A stretch of DNA of 56,664 nucleotides, the filler included, from Sphacelaria rigidula (lineage: Eukaryota): assembly GCA_964200075.2 (NCBI GenBank). It is 3 parts of 3 records of this genome, joined end to end, with 100 filler letters (N's around TTAATTAATTAA, not from the genome) between each part and the next. Parts side by side here need not be neighbours in the genome. Positions count along the whole stretch, not along the records: positions 37,848 to 56,664 come from CAXNAA020000783.1; 2 more parts are not named here. One strand, given 5' to 3'. The notes beneath the pieces are model-generated. The model worked only from the letters and a program-made list of their open reading frames with translations, did not search any database and was not told the origin of the DNA. Below, piece after piece: positions 48,573-56,664 of this stretch (within the stretch, counting starts at the first letter, position 1; each line of letters starts with the position of its first letter). The translations under genes and the position numbers were made by a program.

Positions 48573-51204
48573 CCTGTAGTTGCGGACTGCCACGCGTACA
48601 CACGTCACCAAGAAGTGAGTGTCGATGACAATGGGGTAGCGATAGTCCTGCGAGCCGTGTCACCGTGTGTTCGCCAAATCCGTCCCGTGGGTGTGTCACG
48701 AGTTGCTCCGGCAGTGTACCACTCTGCGGACGACCATCGTGCGGAAGCGTCCCTCCACGGGTCGGGGTACCGTCGTGCATATCTCGCCTGGTGATGACGC
48801 TGATTCTCCCCAGAAACTCGCCCCCTTGTGAATTTCTAGCGCCCCCGCTGGCGGTCGCGTGGTCGGCAAAGACATGCGCCGGATGAGTTAATACAGAAGT
48901 GTGATTGCGAAGGTCGCGTATGAAGGCGTCGTTGGGGGCGTAGTTGTGTCCCTTACTGCCGCCAGGCTCCTCGTCGTTGAGTAGGAAGGGTGTATGATGT
49001 AGACGCGATGACATCTACTGCTATTACCATACCTAACCAATCGTCCTCCGACTGGCTCGGGAGATAGTTCCTGAGTGCCCCCATTGGTGTGGACGAACGC
49101 CTTGGCCTCACTGATTCGAGGATGTCTTTAATCTGGTTTTCCCCCCTGCAGCATCTTGTGCGGACATTGCATTCTTAGCGCGGAGTGCGGTGCCCTATTC
49201 GGAAGGTAGGATGTCCTGAGCATTGATTCGCCCCAGGAAAAGGTCGGTAAACCGCTGTCGGCAAGCATGCACCGGACTATGGCTACAAGCGTTCTCCCTA
49301 CGCGTTTTGACAGGCCAATTCGTTGTGGTGTATTGGTGCTCGCAAACTCTAGCAATATGCCTGTCTACCGGTAGTACGTTCTGAAACCGTTGCCAATAAA
49401 TTCACCCCTTTATCTGCTCTGAGTCGTTCGAGTCGAACGCCGCCGGTCCCACCCATGGTCATGACCAGGTGCAAGGTGCGTTACACTTTGTTGTTGGCTG
49501 TCTTCGGATGGACTAGTTGATGGCTTTTCCCAACAGTACGAATACTCCAGTCTGGGACAGATCAACCGAAATCCCCTCCGTTACTTTCGACGGTTTCGAG
49601 AAGGTTCAAACTATTGCTGTTCATGTACCCCATCCGCCGATGCCACAGCGTCGCGGCATCTGCAGCTTGCATGGCCGGTCCAGGCGCGTCGTTGCCGCTG
49701 ATCCCTTCTAGATAAAAGAAGTACAGGTGACTCCCTAGCTCCTGCAGCGGAACGGTGAAGTTGTTTCTTTCTAGTCTCGGGTTGTTCATCTCGAAAACAG
49801 ATACCACTCCATTCCGTGTCGCTTGCTTGACGGAGAACAGATTCCGTCCCAAGCCAGGCACCACCAAACACGAAATCTGGACCAGGCGTTCGACCTCTTC
49901 GTCGTCTTTGATGTATCCGCGGAGCAGTCCCTTACCAGCCCCTGCCAGTTGGTGCCCCCCTTCGGTGGTGATCTCACGCGAGATCGCCAGTTTCTGGTAG
50001 TTGTAGAGTTTGTGTCGCAGCCCCAGGATGAGGGTATCGTCAAAGTAAGGTGCCGACGCGCCACTGTCTACCATGGCACTGGCAGAGCTGACAAAGCTGT
50101 TGTTGCCCTCCTTCCACTTGTCGACAACGGTTCCCGCCGCGAGAGCCGACATCATCAGCGTCGGTGATACCGCCAAATGTTTCAGTGCTGTCGGAGGGGT
50201 TCGATGTGGCTCGGTGGTAAAATGAGCTCCTAAATATCAACCAGACGTGATGAACCACGGCAATTATGGCCAACGCGCGGGCTATTGGGGAAAGTGCCTC
50301 CTTGATTCCCCGCAATATATTGTGAGTCCTACGCCGGAACTCCAGACCCCCGTCCTCCTCGGCCCCGTCCGTCCCTTTGAAGGCGCCGAAGAGTCCACTG
50401 CTGCCAAACGAAGCAACGGGTTTGTTCGTTGGAGCGAACGGCCAAAGGTTGTCCGTTTTCCGGGGATTTCGTGTTCTGGGCACTTGTGAGGCATTGAAGG
50501 AGATGGCCGGGTCTGCTCCCTTGCACCGGTGACTGGTGGGTAACCCGACCACTGCGCGAGATTTTCTGCCTGCTGGTGTCTGCTGCCTGCTGGTTGCGCC
50601 GTTGCAAGAAACGGCACTCTTCGTCGCTGTGGGTTGTTGACATGTGGAAGGAGCACCACGTGCCTTCTGTCCCCTTTTCCTTGTCTCCCCCTGTCAGTGC
50701 TTGGGTCGCGTTTCGAGCGGGGCAATTTCTTTTAACGTGGCCTCCCTTTCCGCAGCGAAAACATACTGTGCGATTTCTTCTGCTATCACCACTTCCACTG
50801 GCCTGCATGGCGACCCCGCGGCCTGCGACCAAGTTGATGGCGTCTGGGCGAGAGAGATAGTCGGTATACATGGTGCTGACCATGTATCGGAGATCCGCCA
50901 AATTAAAATCACGCCTCTCGCAGCTAGCAATACGAACCCTTTCGTACTCGGCAGGCAGGGCTCGGAGGATAATGTCCTCGTACCGCTCGTCGGGTATACA
51001 TTAACCCATTTCATCTAGGCGGTCACGGTAGCCGTCCACGACAAACAGAAAGTCTTCCGGATCATCTCCGGCTTGAATCGTTGTGGTGTGGAGTTTGTCA
51101 TGGAGCTCCCTTCGCGCCTCTTTGCTGTTACCATCATATTTGTTGTGCAGCGCTGCCCATGCTGCTTGTCCGTCCCCGACCTGATCCTCCTGGGTTTTCC
51201 CCAA

Positions 51205-51537
51205 ATGACGTCTGACGGTTTTGTTTCACGGTTAAGACAAATCAACTCGTGAGTCAACTCAGAGCCATCATTCAACAAATAGATCATACTAGTCGTACGT
51301 CATTTGTAATTCATACAGCTTCTTAGCTTGTGCGTGGCTAAGTATAACCCGAAGGTACTCGCTTCATACCTTCCGTGACTACCGAGGTAAATTATTGGCA
51401 CATAGTCAACCATGCACTGAAAATTTGGATGCATCGATTGTACATGTCACGCACTTCTCATTATCATGAGTCGGGAACGTTATGTACGACTTGCTTGACC
51501 AACTTGTTGTAGGTGAGCGCCCGTACATTTTTCCCAC
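51205..51537. mobile_element. Unclassified repeat inserted in the inner Copia gag
   Basis: The gag frame is broken at ~51205. CACGGTT...ACAAATCA.CTCGTGAGTCAACTCAG is shared with ~37368-37403 in the other contig. Confidence 0.45.
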
Positions 51538-54500
51538 NNNNNNNNNNATCCACCCTCAAGTCAGCGGGACCAACGGTTTATACAGCATGACTGCTTGCGC
51601 GTTCATCGAACTTTGGACAGACTGTCAGTACCCCTCGAATACCCTCATTGTCCGACATGTGAATCCTGTCCGTCGCTCTGCTCCAACGTCGCCAGTAATG
51701 ATTGAGGGTATTCAAGCGTGTCCAAGTATCGTTTCCCCTCCACACAATCGGCTTTGCTCACCGCCGCTTGACTCGTCGGTAGCTTAAAAAGATAATATAC
51801 GTAAACGGATAGAACACAGAACGTTCCCCCACCGCAGCATCGTCTACCGGGCGTGCCGCTTACCTCCCACCAGCGCCCACTTCCACATAGAGTATCGATA
51901 TACACGGTGTCATAATTGACGCTACGGCTCTGCACTTCTATATAGTGGACGCGTACAATTTCCCCCCCAAAGGATCCGACGATTGTCCCGCTGTTTTAAA
52001 ATTACGTATGTTACCAGGTGCCCACAGGAGAAAGTGCCGTCCTCACTTCGTGACACACTGTTGCAGACGCACACACGTGTAGTGCCGTCTTCACTCCGAC
52101 TCAACTCACGTTGTTTCCCAGCAAATATTCTTCCTTTTTTGCTGCTGCCTTCCTTTCTTCCGAACTCCGATCGTTAGACGCCAACGCCGAGGCTCAATAA
52201 ACCTGTTAGAAAAGGTGTCACTAGGACCCCTTTGACGTGATTGCTAGAGTTGGCGCAATGGCACTCAAGCCGAGCAGGCAGACAAGCTGCTTTGGAGTGT
52301 AGACAGAAGATAGTGTTGAAGGTGCCGCTTGCGGGCAAGACAGCCCAAACAACCCACCATGTTAAACGGTCAACCGAGGAGAGTGGGAGCAACCCGACTA
52401 CTGCTACGCTCCATATCAGACCAAACTATCGTGAGCAGTACCGGCGATTGACACGATGACTCCATACAAATGCAATACCATACGAAGCGCTGACGAGAGT
52501 AAGCCCCACAGTGTCATTTTCTAACAGTTGTGAGGGGTCGCCCGTGTCTGGGTTGGGAGCTAGATATGAGCCCTGTTGGAGGTGACATATTCTGGGCGAG
52601 GAGAAATGCCTGGGAGTCGAAGGCATGTTTGATGGCTAAGGCAACTCAATCATTTTTTGGTTGAGACTTCCGAGGGGCATGGAGATGCGCGAATTACCTC
52701 GGATAAGGAATCGAAAGAAGCAATGGATACACGGTTGGGGGAGCTGATGAGACTTGACGTGGTGCGCACAAGGACTGCTGATCAGTCGGCTGACGAAGGC
52801 TGGACCCCAACCATCGCATGGTGTCAAAAAGGTGGAGATATTTTTATACAGTTCCAGGAGCACGTTGTGATATTGTTCTCACAGGTAGATACGAATAAAA
52901 AAATGGGAAGTTCACAAAACAACAGATAGACAGCGTGTGGTCCAAAAAAATGTCCCTGAGACGTGTGTATGAAGCGATGATATATGATGTCTCTGAAGAC
53001 TGAGGTGAAATGCTGTCATTTGAGGCTCGATCAAAGAAATACCCACGCTCGAGTAAGAGGGTAATGAAGAATCAAACTGCCATTTGAGGGTAGGTCCGGC
53101 AAAGTAACGCTCGAGATGAGTTCAGTCTACAATGCCAATTTCAAAAAGAGTTGAACTGCACCAGAAAAATCCAAGCTTTAGTGGAAAGCTGTGTTGAAGT
53201 AATCGGGTGATGCTATTACTTGTGGATTGGCATGTTTTGACGAAAATTCTCGGTAGGGAATGGACTACGCTGTACGTAAGTTGGAAGATACAAAAAGATT
53301 GTCAAAACGGGGCTCACGTTCGAGACAGGGCGTAGTGGAGTGCAATACTGTACTGCCATTTTTAAGAGTGCGTGACACACGAGGGGGCGTGCATGCAATA
53401 TGCCCGACCTGATGGTGAATTGGTCGTTGTTAGTCCCGAAGTATACACATGAAGCTGGTTGTCGTGTAAACTGACCGTGGGTGCGGCTTGTTCGAAGACA
53501 GATGTTCTTACTATTTCATGTGACAACTCTTCCCAGGTGGGCTATAATACAGGCAGGTACTGTCCCTGTGCGCATAAATTTGGATTTTCATATCTATGAA
53601 GGAGTTTTTGAAGAAGAGAGGGACTGTGTACTGTGGTAGTTATGATCGTTTTTGAGTATTAGATACTCGATCATTGTTTTGAGGTTGTCATCAGAGCTGG
53701 GAGGAACAACTGAATGATTTCCCAACCAGACCAAGCATATGTTGCTGTGGTATAAACTGGAGATATTCGAGCAGGGAGGAAGGAGTTGGTAATAAGTAGA
53801 TACTGGTATCAGATTTTTGTCATTCCTGGTTTATATGCAGGGAAAAAATGTTATTATATGCATTTGTGGACTGTGCGACGCACGGTATATGCAGGTGACA
53901 TTTGTGGGAAGCCTGTTCATGAGGATTCTGTGAAGATTGGGTTTTGGAAAATAGAGGAATGTCATAGAAAATACTGGACAACGATCGGACTTCACCGTGA
54001 GTTTTGGAGAGATTGTCAACGATGAATTCGGTCGTAATGTATTTTTGTTGTCTCCATGTTGATCGTGGTTGCGTTTATTAACAGATTGATTCTATGTGGT
54101 AGGATTTCGATAGTTTAATAAATGGATTCAGAATACGAAAGTATAGCCACTATATCATTTTATTCGTTGAGTATAAGTGGATCTTAGAAATATTCTGTAC
54201 ACAGATGCAAAATAGTAGTTAGTGTTCGGTTGATTTTGTCTGTAGACGAGCATATTAATTCACTCCTTGCACTATACGTTTTTTTCTACCACTGAACAGC
54301 TCATAGCCGGGTTTGATCCGCGAGCCATGCCTCGTGCACCGTGCCGACATTGAAGTATCACATATAACCTGTGACCTGCGTTACGCTAGTAGGCAGAATA
54401 TCTCAACATCTCCTTCATACTCTGTCGACTTTAACGGTATCGTCGCCGACAACACCGAAACCACGGACATTATCGCCGACCTCATCGATACAATCGCCGA

Positions 54501-55929
54501 CAACACCGCCGCTACCAACGAAGCAAAGGGTGAGATTCGTGCCGCCGTCGCCGCCGACGCCGACACCTTCATCAATATCACCGCCGGTGATTCCGCGATC
54601 GATATGATCGCCGCTGACTCTGCAAGCCACACCGCCAACAGAACAACAGCAACCGCTGCGACTACCGCCGACTCAGCCGGCGACACCTTCTCACATGTGG
54701 CGTTGTCGGTGCCGGGAAAACAGAGCAGGGGGGCGCGGACTCACGCCGACTTCGCCAGCAACACCGCCAACAACACAGCTGTCGCTGCCACTGTCGCCGT
54801 CGCCGACTCTGTCGACAACACTTTTTTACGCATGGCGTCGTCGGTGCCAGTCGAGTGGAGCACGGGAGCGTGGAGGCATTCCGATGCGATCGAGTATGGG
54901 GAGCCAAGGGAGCAGGGGGCCACTAGAATGGAATGGGAATACGGGGAAGCACATGAAATGGAATGCACCACGGAGATGGAGTCGGCGCTTTTGGCCAACG
55001 GGGAGATGCAGAGAAGACAGATTTTGGAGAATAGAATGCTCTGAATGTGGCCATTTCAAGTGCTCGCTTGTTGACAGCTCCAGCGTGTCAGTAGTTTCAT
55101 GCTTTGCGTCATTTTATTCTGAATGAAGCTTTTGACCCATTGGTTTTGAATGGGGACGCATTTCTGTGACTACTGCCTGACCGCAGTGATTTATTTGAAA
55201 AGATATGTCAGACTTGCCACAGTTAATGATTAGCGTGCTGCACTAGGCATTATAGGATACGCGAGGTGAACAAGTTTGCGGGGGATCCGTTTGCGTAGAA
55301 GTAACTAGCTGGCGCGGGTCAATAACGCTTGGAAATTAGGCTTGTGTTGTTGATATTACGTAGGGATTTCGGTCTGAATCTTTGGAATTGTATCGTACAG
55401 CACCACCATGTGGATCTGTTCTCGATTCGACCAGCTTGTAGCCAAATGATACCAAGCAGTATATTTCAGTATGATCGATTGCATGATTGGAGCAGTCGCA
55501 GGGGACAGGGGATCCTGGATTGATGACCCTCATCTGTGTGGCCCCTTACTGTCTGGCTCTTGATGTGATCTGTTGAAGATCACTCCGTGATAATAACAAG
55601 TGAGAAGAAAGGACTTGTCGAGCACGAGGCCAGTGCTACTGGAGAAATCCCTCGTGGATAGTCGTCTTGTCTAGATCGTCTGGCAGAGGCTGCAATATCT
55701 AGATAGTATTCTTCCGGCACTCTGTTCGAGGCTTTTTGGCTGAGGAGAGAAGTTGGACAGCAGCTAAGAGCCAGTTTAGCTCGCAGACAGGAGGAGACCA
55801 GCTTGAAGCGCACAGCAAGGGGGAACGCACCGTGAGCTGGAGGACGCACAAGTCAGGCAAGGGTCTCTCCGTGGAGTGTTGGGAGCATAGGCGACATGGC
55901 TCAAGCGGCGGCAGCGCCGCTGGTGTTAC

Positions 55930-56511
55930 GTGAGCCACTACAGTCGCCAAAGTATGGCGAAGTGTGGAGAGGAGGCATCACGCGTGTTTTTCGCAGCATA
56001 TCTTGAATATATAGAGCGTTTGAGTCTCGCGACTTTACAGGGAATTATACGGCATGAGAGAGTAAGCATAGGGAAACATATTCCTGCCTATATTCACCGG
56101 TGCTTCGAAGACATGTACAAGGGCAGTCGGGCTATGACCCTCGATGAAGTGCTTGATGCTGTGAAGCAGCATGCCAGGTATACTACAACCGGTGGAAACC
56201 ATGACGCTGTGCGGACTGCAGAAGACCTGCGTAGGGTACTTACGATGAAGCAAAAGGGGGGGAAATCTGTCAGGGATTGTGATATGATGGTCAGTTCAGA
56301 TATGAAAGGGTTTTTTGCAGAGAACCTGATGGTGCAAGCCATGTACCGTGCGGAGGACAGGAGTTGGTTACCAGGCCCGGCCGAGTCGGTTCCCATGGCT
56401 TTGGTGGACGGGATTTCGCCCTCGGAATTCAAGGCGTATGTTAGAAGTGTACTAACGTATGTTGACGGCTGGATAAAGAACCCGACGGTGGTGTTAAAAA
56501 AACTTTTTTAG
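55930..56511 (+). mobile_element. gag of a second Gypsy-like element (truncated at window end)
   Basis: Colinear similarity to the gag at 45090-45730: YLEY, RH, PGPA, ALV.G..P..FK..V, W...P..V. Premature stop at 56511. Confidence 0.7.
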
Positions 56512-56664
56512 GCGGCCGACCAGTGGAAGTTCATTGAAGCACATGGCCGGCGCGACTCTGCAACAGGTGCAGGTGGTATGCGCCGCAAACACCAATAAAC
56601 AGCCGATTTTATATTTTGGGTTCATACAAAATATGGGGCTGAAGTGGCATATCTGTCTTGCACG

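Larger units (their letters stand above)
46915..52526 (-). mobile_element. Ty1/Copia LTR retrotransposon, partly deleted
   Basis: ~325-bp LTRs 46915-47240 and 52204-52526, TSD GTTGT, PPT TTGAGGCGGAG. Gag (AAWAALHNKY; CFRCGKGGHVKRNC), protease (VDSGAS), pre-integrase LWHRRMG, integrase fragment (49128-49355), C-terminal RT/RNase H (AQSTMEAEL, KHVALRYFFIEE). RT N-terminal core absent. Confidence 0.92.
38980..54408 (+). mobile_element. Old Copia-like LTR retrotransposon (outer host of the nest), degenerate
   Basis: LTR-like repeats 38980-39617 (composite) and ~54105-54408, both ending AATATCTCAACA; flanks GCTCC / TCTCC. Gag pieces PIFSGADEDYSNW (~40001-40040) and EAWRKLREWFEP (~46500). The pol region 52530-54100 is too decayed to read reliably. 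Confidence 0.7.

Overview
Eukaryotic, intron-rich, transposon-rich DNA. Gene structure and repeat style suggest a brown alga or other stramenopile (inference only). The window is three separate pieces of about 18.8 kb (1-18828, 18929-37747, 37848-56664) joined by artificial N44-TTAATTAATTAA-N44 spacers, so adjacency across the spacers is not biological. Piece 1 has a head-to-head pair: a 2-exon 2OG-Fe(II) oxygenase (-) and a 4-exon VPS36 (+), plus a tRNA-derived SINE, MITEs and a mariner relic. Piece 2 has a complete 7-exon RPS4. Its third intron holds four related box C/D snoRNA-like units. Two are intact, each with two rRNA guides (the sites equivalent to yeast 18S Gm1271 and 25S Am807) and compensatory non-canonical C/D boxes; this is the most interesting signal found. 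Piece 2 also has two hairpin-unit minisatellite arrays and a 600-bp foldback. Piece 3 is a nest of retroelements: an old Copia-like element interrupted by a chromodomain Gypsy (itself carrying a MITE) and a second Copia. All of these sit inside an Ala/Asp/Thr-rich reading frame, followed by another Gypsy gag. All calls were made by eye; no database searches were run, and rRNA target sequences and numbering are from recalled knowledge.
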